Shown here in pieces: positions 47,101 through 56,367 of a stretch of DNA of 64,000 nucleotides. How positions within the stretch are numbered: position 1 is the first letter of the stretch; the number at the start of each line of letters is the position of its first letter. The DNA is taken from positions 23,955 through 87,954 of the forward strand of contig DAOUDG010000057.1 of assembly GCA_034431435.1 (NCBI GenBank), in the 5' to 3' direction. The notes below the pieces were generated by a model. It did not search any database, had not been told where the DNA came from, and saw nothing but the letters and a program-made list of their open reading frames with translations. This DNA comes from Anaerolineae bacterium (lineage in GTDB: Bacteria > Chloroflexota > Anaerolineae > Epilineales > JAHCIE01). Position numbers and translations under genes: made by a program.

Positions 47101-48491
47101 GTGATCGGCTGCTGGTACGCGGCGGTACTGTCGTCACGGCCGAGGGGCGCGCGCGGGCCGATGTGCTGATCGAGGCGGGGCGCGTGGCAGCGGTGGGGGG
47201 CGACCTCCAGCCGCTGGCAGGGGATCATGTCGTCGCGGCGCAGGGCTGCTACGTCATGCCTGGGCTGGTCGACGCCCACGTGCATTTCGCGCTGGATACG
47301 GGCATCTACCGCACCGACGATGACTTTGGCATTGGGACGCGCTCGGCGGCGTGCGGTGGGGTGACGACGGTGGTGGACTTTGCGACCCAACTGGCGGGCC
47401 AGACGCCGGCCGAGGCGGTTGCCCTGCGCCGCGCTGAGGCCGACCCGCTCGTCCACATCGACTACGCGCTGCATTGCATGGTGACCGACTTCCCCCTGGG
47501 CGCGGAGCCGAGCCTCGCCGACCTGGTAGCGGCGGGCGCGCCAAGCGTCAAGGTATACACCACGTATCGCCCCAATTACTTCTGTGATGACGCCAGGCTA
47601 TTGCGCATCATGCGCGCGTCGGCCGAGGCGGGTGCGCTGGTGATGGTGCATGCCGAGAACGACCCGATCGTCAGCGAAGCGGGCCAGGCGCTCATCGATG
47701 CCGGGCGTACAGGCCTGGCCTATCACGGCGCGGCGCGGCCGCCGCTGGCCGAGGCGGAGGCGGTCCATCGCTGCCTCTTCCTGGCCGAGCAGGCGGGCGC
47801 GGCGTTGTTCGTCGTCCACTGCTCGACGCCCAACGCGGTGCGCCTCATCCACGCGGCGCGGGCCGTCGGTCAGCCCGCCATTGCCGAGACGTGCCCGCAG
47901 TATCTGGTGTTCGCGGACGATGTGTACGCGGGGCCGCGAGCCGAGTGGTACATCATGCAACCGCCGATTCGCCCCGATGCGTTGCGCCGCGAGCTGGTCG
48001 AGCTGGTCGGGATGGGCTGGGTGGACAGCATTGGAACCGACCATTGCGACTATGCGTTGAGCCAGAAGCGGGCCACGGGCCAGTTCCCGACGACGCCCGG
48101 CGGCATTCCGGGCATTGAGACCATGCTGCCGATCCTGTACACGTACATGGTTCTGCCGGGCCGCCTGAGTCTCGAGAGGCTGGTACAGCTGACCTCGACG
48201 AACCCGGCGCGCATCTACGGCCTGCATCCGCGCAAAGGCTCGCTGGAGGTGGGGGCGGATGGTGACGTCGTGGTGTACAGCCCGCACGGGCGGCAGACGA
48301 TCGACGCCAAAGCGATGCACACCGTGGGCGGCTATACGCCCTACGCAGGGTTCGAGGTCGAGGGTAGCGTCAAGGCCACCGTCAGCCGGGGTCATGTTGT
48401 CTACCTTGACGGGGAGTTCCTGGGCGTGCCTGGCCGTGGACGATTCGTGCCTGGGCAGCCTTTCGATCCGGCAGTGATCGAGCGTCTCTAG
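47097..48491 (+). CDS. hydA: Dihydropyrimidinase / D-hydantoinase family cyclic amidohydrolase
   Basis: PGLVDAHVH, GGVTTVVDF, VKVY (carbamylated Lys position), VHAEN, ETCPQYL, PPIR, TDHC. Confidence 0.88.
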   Translation: MSDRLLVRGGTVVTAEGRARADVLIEAGRVAAVGGDLQPLAGDHVVAAQGCYVMPGLVDAHVHFALDTGIYRTDDDFGIGTRSAACGGVTTVVDFATQLAGQTPAEAVALRRAEADPLVHIDYALHCMVTDFPLGAEPSLADLVAAGAPSVKVYTTYRPNYFCDDARLLRIMRASAEAGALVMVHAENDPIVSEAGQALIDAGRTGLAYHGAARPPLAEAEAVHRCLFLAEQAGAALFVVHCSTPNAVRLIHAARAVGQPAIAETCPQYLVFADDVYAGPRAEWYIMQPPIRPDALRRELVELVGMGWVDSIGTDHCDYALSQKRATGQFPTTPGGIPGIETMLPILYTYMVLPGRLSLERLVQLTSTNPARIYGLHPRKGSLEVGADGDVVVYSPHGRQTIDAKAMHTVGGYTPYAGFEVEGSVKATVSRGHVVYLDGEFLGVPGRGRFVPGQPFDPAVIERL

Positions 48492-48561
48492 TGGATAACC
48501 CGGCGCCTCTGCCCGGTGATGGCGCGTCAGGGTTGATGAAGGACCATAGGAGGAGACTATC

Positions 48562-49965
48562 ATGATGAAACGAGGTTGGATCATCGTAGCGCTGCTGGCG
48601 CTGGTGGCCCTGGTGGCAGCGTGTACACCCGCTCAGCAGGCAGCGGTTGAAAAGGCCGCGCCGACTGTGGCCGCGGCGGCTAAGGCGGTTGCGCCGACGG
48701 TCGTCGCCGAGGTCAAGGCAGCGGCGCCGACGGTGGCCGCCGCTGTGCAGCAGGCCGCGCCGACGGTGGCCGCCGCCGCTGCACCCAAGGCAACCGAGGC
48801 TCCCAAGGCGGTCGCCGCTGCACCCAAGGCGACCGAGGCTCCCAAGGCGGCCGCCGCGGGCGCTAAGAACACGCTCATCGACATTGCCGTCGGTGACGAG
48901 AACGATAATGGCTGGAACAAAGCGCACCTTGAAGCCACCACGAAGGCCACGAAGGAACGCGGCTGGGCGAATCTGGCCTACAAGAACCTGAACCCTGGCA
49001 ACCCGGCCAAGCCCGTGTGCGAGAGCATCGTGGCCGAGCTGGTCAACCAGGCGAAGAAGGATAATCCGGGCGGGAAAGTGCTCGTTCGCTTCAACAGCGA
49101 CGATTTCATCCCGTGCGCCGAGACGGCTGCCAAGCAGTTCCCGGACGTCTTCGTCGACCACATCTCCGGCGACCATGTGCTCAAGGGTGGCGCTCCGACT
49201 AATCTGACCAACAACATGGGGGCGATGGAGTACACCAAGACCCTCGCTGGCTGCATGGCTGCCAACCTGACGAAGAGCAATGTCATTGGCTACCTGAACG
49301 GCCCCGACAACGCCGAGACACGTCGCTTCTTCAATGCCTTTGCCTGGGGGGCGCAGTATTGCGGCAAGAAGCTCAACAAGGATATCAAGGCCATCAACCT
49401 GATTCTGGGCTTCTGGTTCCCCATCCCCGGCCAGACCAACGACCCGCAGCAGTTGCTGGGCCAGGCCCGCGCCCTCAACGCGGATATCTTCGCCAGTGGC
49501 ATCGACACTCAGGACGCCCTCCAGTTCGCCAAGTCCCTGGCCGACAAGGGTGAGAATGCCTTCAGTTTCCCCTACGACTTCCTGCCCGCCTGCTCGGTAG
49601 CGCCCAACTCCTGCGGCGGTATTCCCTACTTCAACTGGACGCCTGAGGTCAACTATGTCATGGACATGGTTGAGAAGAACCAGTGGAAGAGCGAGTTCAA
49701 GGTGTGGGATCCAGTGTGGCCGAACGTGCTGACCGACAACGGGACGCTCGTTGGTTTCCTGCCGGGGCCGGCCGCGAATGACGCCGGCAAGGCGGCCGTC
49801 AAGCAAATGGCCGACGACTACGCCAGCGGCAAGCTCAAGCTGATGCAAGGCCCGATCAACTGGGCCGACGGATCGGTCTGGGTCGCCGAGGGCCAGGCGC
49901 CGAGCTACAAGGACATCTGGTACACCGAGAAGCTCATCGCCGGCACACAGTCGTACGGCAAGTAG
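48562..49965 (+). CDS. BMP family (nucleoside/purine) ABC transporter substrate-binding lipoprotein
   Basis: Lipobox VAAC, Ala-rich repeats, DNGWNKAHLEA, and a GFW..P motif. Followed by an RbsA-type ATPase and two permeases. Confidence 0.82.
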   Translation: MMKRGWIIVALLALVALVAACTPAQQAAVEKAAPTVAAAAKAVAPTVVAEVKAAAPTVAAAVQQAAPTVAAAAAPKATEAPKAVAAAPKATEAPKAAAAGAKNTLIDIAVGDENDNGWNKAHLEATTKATKERGWANLAYKNLNPGNPAKPVCESIVAELVNQAKKDNPGGKVLVRFNSDDFIPCAETAAKQFPDVFVDHISGDHVLKGGAPTNLTNNMGAMEYTKTLAGCMAANLTKSNVIGYLNGPDNAETRRFFNAFAWGAQYCGKKLNKDIKAINLILGFWFPIPGQTNDPQQLLGQARALNADIFASGIDTQDALQFAKSLADKGENAFSFPYDFLPACSVAPNSCGGIPYFNWTPEVNYVMDMVEKNQWKSEFKVWDPVWPNVLTDNGTLVGFLPGPAANDAGKAAVKQMADDYASGKLKLMQGPINWADGSVWVAEGQAPSYKDIWYTEKLIAGTQSYGK

Positions 49966-49974
49966 CCCTTACCA

Positions 49975-50010
49975 GCAGACCCTAGAGGCCTCAGGGCCTT
50001 TAGGGTCTGC
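49975..50010 (+). terminator. 16-bp stem-loop after the SBP gene (mRNA-stabilising or partial terminator)
   Basis: gcagaccctagaggcc / ggcctttagggtctgc with one G-T pair and loop tcag. Confidence 0.55.
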
Positions 50011-50033
50011 CCCCGTTCCCTGGAAGGCAGCCC

Positions 50034-51467
50034 ATGAAAGTTGAGCTGGTCAACATCACCAAGCGCTTCGGGGCGCTCGTGGCCAACAATGAGGTCTCGG
50101 CCCTGTTCGAGCCGGGCGAAGTCCATGGCCTGCTTGGTGAGAATGGCGCCGGCAAGTCCACCCTGATGAAGGTTCTGGCGGGGTGGTATCTTCCGGAGGG
50201 CGGTACGATTCGCCTCGACGACCGCGACGTGCGCATCACCTCGCCGCGCGATGCCATGGCGCTCGGCGTTGGCTACGTCCCCCAGGACCCCCAGGACTTC
50301 GCCGACCTGACTGTGCTAGAGCATCTGGTGATCGGCACGCCTGGCTGGGGGTTCCGCCGGGCGAGACTGGCCGACGAGATTCGCCGCGTCAATGACCAGA
50401 TGGGCTTCACCCTCGATCCGTTCATGCGCGTCCGCGATGTGACCGTCGGCCAGCGGCTGCAATTGGCGATGGCCCAGGTCATTGTCCAGGGCGCCAGCGT
50501 TATCATCCTCGATGAGCCGCCGATGGGGTCGGGCCTGCGTGACAGCCTCCAGCGGCTCGCGAAAGAGGGCAAGACCGTCGTCTTCATCACCCATAACATT
50601 GCCGATGCCGTCGGCCAGTGCGACCGCATCACGGTTTTGCGGCGCGGCCACAAGGTCGGTACGGCCGCCAGGCCCATCGACCAGGGGCAGCTGGTCCACA
50701 TGATGTTCGAGAAGCAACCGCACCAGGCGGGCCGCCCCCATCACGAGACAGGCCCGGCGCTGGCGGACTTGCAGAACGCCTCGGCCCATACCGATCCGGC
50801 CCTGTACGAGATTACGATGCAGGCGCACGGCGGGGAGATCGTCGGCCTGGCGGGCATCGAAGGCTCTGGGCAGTCATCGCTGCTGGCGACCCTGGGCGGC
50901 CGCGGCAAGGTGGCAGGCGGCACGCGCACCATCCAGGCGAAGGTCCCCCATGTCGTTCCGGCCGGCCGCATGGGCGAGGGCCTGGTGGACGGCTTTAGCG
51001 TCGAGGAGCAACTCGCGCTGGCCCACGAGAAGTCCCTCACGCGCGGCATGTTGCTCGACCAGAAGGCCACGCACGACCTGGCGGAGAAATCCATCCACCA
51101 GTTCCACCTCAAGGGGCAGCCGGCTTCTCTCGCCAGTGGCCTCTCCGGAGGCAACCAGCAGCGGCTGATGTTGGCATCCACACCCAAGAACGTTGACCTG
51201 CTGCTGCTGGATAACCCTACCCGTGGCCTCGATGTGCCGACGGCCGCCTTCATCTGGGAGTGGATACTCCATCAGTGCGAGCGGGGCGCGGGCGTCGTGG
51301 TCGCTTCGACCGAGGTTGAAGAGCTTTGGCAGCACTGTAATCGCATCCTCGTCATGGCGCGGGGCCGCATCATTGGTGAGGTATTTCCGTCGCAAGACGA
51401 CATACATCGCTTGAAGCATCTGATCAGCGGCGCCGATCCTATTGCGCGCGTAGAGGGGGACGTATGA
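50034..51467 (+). CDS. Nucleoside/sugar ABC transporter ATP-binding protein (two NBDs)
   Basis: GENGAGKST, ILDEP, FITH, second-domain LSGGNQQR, LDNPTRGLDV. Confidence 0.88.
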   Translation: MKVELVNITKRFGALVANNEVSALFEPGEVHGLLGENGAGKSTLMKVLAGWYLPEGGTIRLDDRDVRITSPRDAMALGVGYVPQDPQDFADLTVLEHLVIGTPGWGFRRARLADEIRRVNDQMGFTLDPFMRVRDVTVGQRLQLAMAQVIVQGASVIILDEPPMGSGLRDSLQRLAKEGKTVVFITHNIADAVGQCDRITVLRRGHKVGTAARPIDQGQLVHMMFEKQPHQAGRPHHETGPALADLQNASAHTDPALYEITMQAHGGEIVGLAGIEGSGQSSLLATLGGRGKVAGGTRTIQAKVPHVVPAGRMGEGLVDGFSVEEQLALAHEKSLTRGMLLDQKATHDLAEKSIHQFHLKGQPASLASGLSGGNQQRLMLASTPKNVDLLLLDNPTRGLDVPTAAFIWEWILHQCERGAGVVVASTEVEELWQHCNRILVMARGRIIGEVFPSQDDIHRLKHLISGADPIARVEGDV

Positions 51468-52516
51468 GCGGGGTCGGTCAGAGTATTCAGCCCGATGCCT
51501 CGCCCCGCTTCTCCTGGGAGGAGTTCCGTCGGCAGGGCTGGCCCGTGCGCATCCTCTCGGCCGTGGCCGCGCTGGCCGTGCCCACGATCCTGATTATCCT
51601 GGCCGGGCAGAACCCCCTGACGGTGTATCGGGAAATGTTCACCGGCCTCACCATTGGTCGCCTCGCCGATGCGCTGTTCTTCGCGGCCATCCTGATCGTC
51701 GCTACGGCCAGCGCGATGCTGACCTTCAATGCGTCGCTATGGAATATCGGCATCGAGGGGCAGATGGCGATAGCGACCATTGGCTCGACGGCGGTGCTGC
51801 TGATGATGCGCGGCGCGCCCACGCTGGTCCTCATGCCGAGCATGATTCTGGGTGGCGCGGCCCTGGCCGGCTTCTGGGCCTTCCTGGTGGCCCTGTTCAA
51901 GCTGCGCGGTGTCCACGAAATCTTCAGCGGCTTTGCCCTCAACCAGGTCGCGGGCGCTCTTGTCAAGTTCATGCTGCTCAATATCTGGTGGGAGGCGAGC
52001 CAGCGGCGCATGTCGGGCATTCCTTACCCACCCAATGCATCCTTCGGCACCGTCGGCGGCTTCAACGTCATTGTGATCACCCTGGCGCTCCTGATCCTGG
52101 TCGGCGTCTACTTTGCCCTGACGCGCACGCCGATAGGCCTCAAGGTGCGCGCCGTCGGCCTGTCGCGGACGGCGGCCAGCTACTACGGCGTGTCCGCCAA
52201 CCGGATCTTCTTCCTGACCCTCATTGTAGGTGGCGCTGTCGCGGGCATCGCGGGCGTTATTACGGCGTCGGACTACTTCCGACGCTTTGCCCCCGACATC
52301 ACGTCCAACTTCGGCTTCACGGCCATCCTGATCTATCTCATCGCCCGCATGAATCTCCTCGCCACGATTGTGCTATGTGTCCTGTTCGGTATCATCAACG
52401 CGGGGACGGTGGGTTTGCAGATTCGGCTGAGTATTGACCCAAGCCTCGCGCTGGTCATTCAGAGTAGCATCATCTTTGCCCTCTTTGTGCTACAGGGCAG
52501 TGAGCAGAAGGCCTAG
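51464..52516 (+). CDS. Nucleoside ABC transporter permease
   Basis: WNIGIEGQ, G..GLKVRAVGLS..AA.YYGV, GFTAI; hydrophobic. Confidence 0.88.
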   Translation: MSGVGQSIQPDASPRFSWEEFRRQGWPVRILSAVAALAVPTILIILAGQNPLTVYREMFTGLTIGRLADALFFAAILIVATASAMLTFNASLWNIGIEGQMAIATIGSTAVLLMMRGAPTLVLMPSMILGGAALAGFWAFLVALFKLRGVHEIFSGFALNQVAGALVKFMLLNIWWEASQRRMSGIPYPPNASFGTVGGFNVIVITLALLILVGVYFALTRTPIGLKVRAVGLSRTAASYYGVSANRIFFLTLIVGGAVAGIAGVITASDYFRRFAPDITSNFGFTAILIYLIARMNLLATIVLCVLFGIINAGTVGLQIRLSIDPSLALVIQSSIIFALFVLQGSEQKA

Positions 52517-52536
52517 ATTGCCAGGAGGAAAGCCGC

Positions 52537-53430
52537 GTGGGTGACATCAACTTTGTCCTGGTCTTCTCCCTGGTCGTCAAGCTGGCAACGCCGCTCCTGC
52601 TGGCCGCGCTGGGTGAGACCATGGCTGAGGCGTCGGGTGTCATCATCCTTGCCCTCGATGGCCTGATCATGTTGTCGGCGCTGGCCGCGTTCGTGGTCGC
52701 GTTTTCGTCGGGCAATCTTATTCTGGGTGCGGTGGTTGGCCCACTGGTGGGGATGCTCCTGGCAGCCATCTTCGGCTACTTCGTAGTGGTTCAGCGTCGC
52801 GACCAGTTCGCCACCGGCCTCATCGTGGGTACCGTGGCTATCGCCATCAGCGCGTACGCGGGCAATCCTATGGTGGGTAAGCCCGCCTCGGCCATGCCTG
52901 ACCTGACGCTTCCTTTGCTCGGTAACATCCCCTTCTTGCAGCCGTTCTTCAAGCAAGATATCTTCGTCTATCTCTCATATCTGGCGGCGATCGGGCTGAC
53001 GTACTACCTGTACCGCACTCGCCCTGGCGTCACGGCTCGCGCCATCGGCGTTAACCCCGAGTCGGCCAAACGGCGCGGCATCCCCGTCGGCCGCACGCAG
53101 TACCTGTACATCTTGTTCGCGGGCCTGATGGCGGGGCTGGCGGGCGCGGCCTTTACCCTCAGCACCAAGCCAGGCTGGACGCAGAACCATACCCTGGGCT
53201 GGGGGTGGCTGGCGCTGACCCTGGTGATCTTCGGCCGCCGCAACCCGGTCTGGGTGACCCTGGGCACGTACCTGTTTACCCTGTTCTCGGCGGCGGGCAT
53301 TATCCAGCTCTTCGTCTCCGCGCTGCCCGCGCAGCTGACAGGCGTTGTGCCCTTCGTGTTGATGCTCATCGTGCTGCTGATTGCGGGTGATCCGTCGCGC
53401 TCGCGCAGCAAAGCGAAAGCTGGGGCGTAG
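52537..53430 (+). CDS. Nucleoside ABC transporter permease
   Basis: TPLLLAALGE...SGVI.LALDG, RAIGVNPESA, GWGWLAL..VIFGR. Confidence 0.88.
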   Translation: MGDINFVLVFSLVVKLATPLLLAALGETMAEASGVIILALDGLIMLSALAAFVVAFSSGNLILGAVVGPLVGMLLAAIFGYFVVVQRRDQFATGLIVGTVAIAISAYAGNPMVGKPASAMPDLTLPLLGNIPFLQPFFKQDIFVYLSYLAAIGLTYYLYRTRPGVTARAIGVNPESAKRRGIPVGRTQYLYILFAGLMAGLAGAAFTLSTKPGWTQNHTLGWGWLALTLVIFGRRNPVWVTLGTYLFTLFSAAGIIQLFVSALPAQLTGVVPFVLMLIVLLIAGDPSRSRSKAKAGA

Positions 53431-53438
53431 GGGCGGCT

Positions 53439-53540
53439 ATGAATCGGCCAGGCTGGGGGGCGGCCATCGCTGCGCTGTTGATGGCCGCGGCGGTCGTTGC
53501 GACCCTGGTGGCGCTGTATCGCCTGGCAGTCGTTCCTTAG
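53439..53540 (+). CDS. 33-aa single-TM small protein (MNRPGWGAAIAALLMAAAVVATLVALYRLAVVP)
   Basis: ATG 8 bp after the permease stop and one long hydrophobic helix. The RBS is weak. Confidence 0.45.
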   Translation: MNRPGWGAAIAALLMAAAVVATLVALYRLAVVP

Positions 53541-53595
53541 GAGTCAACATCCTGAAGGTCCCGGATAATTCTAGAGTCTGCCCGGCGCATGCGCC

Positions 53596-53624
53596 TTGCG
53601 GTGTGCGCCAGCCTGTGGTACAAT
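53596..53624 (+). promoter_or_regulatory. sigma70-type promoter TTGCGG-N17-TACAAT (extended TG)
   Basis: Hexamers at 53596-53601 and 53619-53624. Confidence 0.6.
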
Positions 53625-53660
53625 GAAAGCATCCCATCGCCCTTGAGGTGATTCGTTGCC

Positions 53661-53777
53661 GTGATTCACCCCAACCGAACGCGCCACCACGGCGTTTACC
53701 AGAACAACCTCGGCCTTGTGACCAACGGTCGCTTTGCCGTTGTTGGCAAGATGGGCGACCGCGCTCCCGGCCGCTGA
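53661..53777 (+). CDS. 38-aa upstream ORF in the ygeY leader (MIHPNRTRHHGVYQNNLGLVTNGRFAVVGKMGDRAPGR)
   Basis: RBS gaggtga 53645-53651, GTG 53661, TGA 53775-53777, directly downstream of the predicted promoter. Confidence 0.4.
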   Translation: MIHPNRTRHHGVYQNNLGLVTNGRFAVVGKMGDRAPGR

Positions 53778-53873
53778 CCCCCATGCGCCCCTGCGGTTCC
53801 ACGTGCCCGGCGGGCGCCCTCTTAACCCCTGTCACGCGCCAATCCAAATCACCATCTCACTACGGGAGTTGCC

Positions 53874-55076
53874 ATGTCTCCTTCGCCTGAAGTTGTCGCG
53901 ACGATTCGTGAGCGTGTCGCGGCGCAGCAAGACCGCATTGTCCAGTTCATGCGCGACATTGTCGCTATCCCCTCCTACGAGAGCCAGATCGGGCCGGTGG
54001 GCGAGCGCGTCGCTGAGGAGATGCGCGGCCTCGGCTTCGACGACGTGTGGTTCGACCGCATGGGGAACATCGTGGGTCGCATTGGTAGTGGCCCGCGTGT
54101 TCTGGTCTACGACAGCCACATCGACACGGTCGGGGTCGGCGACCCCGAAGCCTGGGATTGGGACCCCTTCGTTGGCAAGGTCGAGGATGGCGTTCTCTTC
54201 GCGCGCGGCGCGTGCGATGAGAAAGGCTCCACGCCCGGCATGGTATACGGGCTGGCTCTGGCTCGCGACCTGGGTCTGCTCGACGGCTGGACGGCCTACT
54301 ACTTCGGCAACATGGAGGAATGGTGCGACGGTATCGCGCCCCACGCCTTTGTCGAGGTCGAGGGGATTCGCCCGGACTTTGTGGTCATCGGCGAGCCGAC
54401 GAAGATGCAGGTGTATCGCGGCCACAAGGGTAGGGTCGAGATGAAGGTTGTGGCCAAGGGGCGCTCGGCCCACGCCGCCAGCAACTTCCTGGGCGACAAT
54501 GCCGTGTACAAGATGCTGCCCGTCATCGCGGGGGTGCGCGACCTGGACCCGCAGCTGGGGACGCACGAGTTTCTGGGCAAGGGGACCATCACGGTGACCG
54601 ATGTCCACGTCAAGACGCCGTCCATCAATGCTGTGCCGGATGAGTGCACCGTGTACATCGACCGCCGCGTGACCTTCGGTGAGAGCAAGGACCACGCGAT
54701 TCAGCAGGTGAAGGACCTGGTGCCGGCCGGCGCGGACGACATCACGGTCGAGATGCTATGGTACGACGACCCCAGCTACACTGGCTTTGTCTTCGAGGTG
54801 GACAAGTATTTCCCCGCCTGGGCGCTGGCCGAGGAGGCTCCTATCGTGCAGGCGGGCGTGAAGGCGGGCGAGTTGTTGTGGGGCGAGCCGCTGCCGACGG
54901 GGAAGTGGAACTTTAGCACCAACGGCATCTACTGGATGGGCAAGGCGGGCATCCCGTCGATTGGCTTCGGCCCTGGCGACGAGCTGCATGCCCACACCGT
55001 CATCGATCAGGTTTCGCTGGCTGATGTCGTGCGCGCCACGGAGTGGTATGCGTTGCTCCCGGCGCTGATTGAGTGA
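53874..55076 (+). CDS. ygeY: YgeY family M20 metallohydrolase
   Basis: YDSHIDTVG, RGACDEKG, EEWCDG, GEPT, RGHKGR, DRRVTFGE, FSTNG, GFGPGDE..AH. Confidence 0.88.
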   Translation: MSPSPEVVATIRERVAAQQDRIVQFMRDIVAIPSYESQIGPVGERVAEEMRGLGFDDVWFDRMGNIVGRIGSGPRVLVYDSHIDTVGVGDPEAWDWDPFVGKVEDGVLFARGACDEKGSTPGMVYGLALARDLGLLDGWTAYYFGNMEEWCDGIAPHAFVEVEGIRPDFVVIGEPTKMQVYRGHKGRVEMKVVAKGRSAHAASNFLGDNAVYKMLPVIAGVRDLDPQLGTHEFLGKGTITVTDVHVKTPSINAVPDECTVYIDRRVTFGESKDHAIQQVKDLVPAGADDITVEMLWYDDPSYTGFVFEVDKYFPAWALAEEAPIVQAGVKAGELLWGEPLPTGKWNFSTNGIYWMGKAGIPSIGFGPGDELHAHTVIDQVSLADVVRATEWYALLPALIE

Positions 55077-55250
55077 GGTGCGGGTTGTGGGGCATGGGTG
55101 ATGGTTGCCGCCTGGCCTGCCAGGTGAGTCGTGGTACGTGAGCCGTGGGGCGTGAGATACCTGGTAGATTGTCAGGCTTCACAGAACACGCGTCACGTCG
55201 CTTTCAAACAACGTATTTGTGGGACACAACTTCCCATGGAGGAGACTCTC

Positions 55251-56240
55251 ATGCAAACCGGACTGCGTGGCCGAGACTTCATTGGCGATACCGACTGGAC
55301 CCGCGAGGAGATTGAGACCGCTCTCGACGTGGCCTTCGACCTGAAGCGTAAGCGCGCTCTGGGCGAATCTCACGCTCTGCTGCGTGACAAGGTGCTGGCC
55401 ATGCTGTTCTTCTTCAGCAGCACCCGCACCCGTGGCTCGTTCGAGGCAGGCATTGCCCAACTCGGCGGCCACGGCGCGTTTATCGACTCCGAGACGACGC
55501 AGATCAGCCACGGCGACACGGCGAAGGAAATCGGCGAGATCTTCGGCCGCTACTTCGACGGTATCGCCATCCGCCAGTGCGACTGGGATTTCGGCAACAA
55601 GTACATCCGCGAGGTGGCCCAGTACTCGCGCGTGCCCGTGCTCAACATGCAGTGCGACGTGTACCACCCGTTCCAGATTCTGGCCGACCTGATGACCATC
55701 ATCGAGAAGAAGGGGCCGAACCTCAAGGGCAAGAGGATTGCCGTGTCGTGGGCCTACGCCGCCAGCTACCAGAAGCCCATCTCGGTCCCCCAGTCGCTCA
55801 TCATCCAGCTGACACGCTGGGGAGCCGATGTGGTTCTGGCGCACCCGCCCGAGTACAAGCTAATGCCGAGCATCATGGACGAGGCGGCCGCCAATGCCAG
55901 GCGCTACGGCGGCAAGTTCTCGATGACTCACGACATGGACGAGGCGATTCGCGACGCCGAGGTGGTGTACCCGAAGTCGTGGGGCGCGCTGCTGACGACG
56001 AGCGACAACGCCGAGAGTGCGCGCATCGGTGCGCAGTACAAGGACTGGATCTTCGACGAGCGGCGCATGAGCCTGACAGCGGGTGAAGGCGCTGACTGTG
56101 GCTACATGCATTGCCTGCCTGCCGACCGTGGCCTGGAGGTGGCCGACGCCGTCATTGACGGGCCGTCGTCGTGGGTATATGACGAGGCGGAGAACCGCCT
56201 GCACGTGCAGAAGGCCATCATGGCCCTGACGATGGGATAG
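55251..56240 (+). CDS. YgeW-like carbamoyltransferase (not canonical OTC)
   Basis: SSTRT, HPFQ and HCLP motifs of the ATC/OTC family. The segment SWAYAASYQKPISVPQS resembles YgeW, not the ornithine-binding loop. Confidence 0.82.
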   Translation: MQTGLRGRDFIGDTDWTREEIETALDVAFDLKRKRALGESHALLRDKVLAMLFFFSSTRTRGSFEAGIAQLGGHGAFIDSETTQISHGDTAKEIGEIFGRYFDGIAIRQCDWDFGNKYIREVAQYSRVPVLNMQCDVYHPFQILADLMTIIEKKGPNLKGKRIAVSWAYAASYQKPISVPQSLIIQLTRWGADVVLAHPPEYKLMPSIMDEAAANARRYGGKFSMTHDMDEAIRDAEVVYPKSWGALLTTSDNAESARIGAQYKDWIFDERRMSLTAGEGADCGYMHCLPADRGLEVADAVIDGPSSWVYDEAENRLHVQKAIMALTMG

Positions 56241-56249
56241 AGCCTGAAC

Positions 56250-56349
56250 CGTGGAACGTGGCGCGTGAAACGTGACCCGTGATGGGTGAACCTCGCGAGG
56301 AAGTTCGCGCTTCACGCCTCACGTTTCGCGGGCTACGTTTCACGCTCAC
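56250..56349. repeat. Inverted pair of degenerate heptamer arrays
   Basis: cgtggaa/cgtggcg/cgtgaaa/cgtgacc/cgtgatg (56250-56284), then ttcgcgc/ttcacgc/ctcacgt/ttcgcgg/gctacgt/ttcacgc (56304-56345). Confidence 0.65.
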
Positions 56350-56367
56350 CCTCAAAGAGGAGGATGA

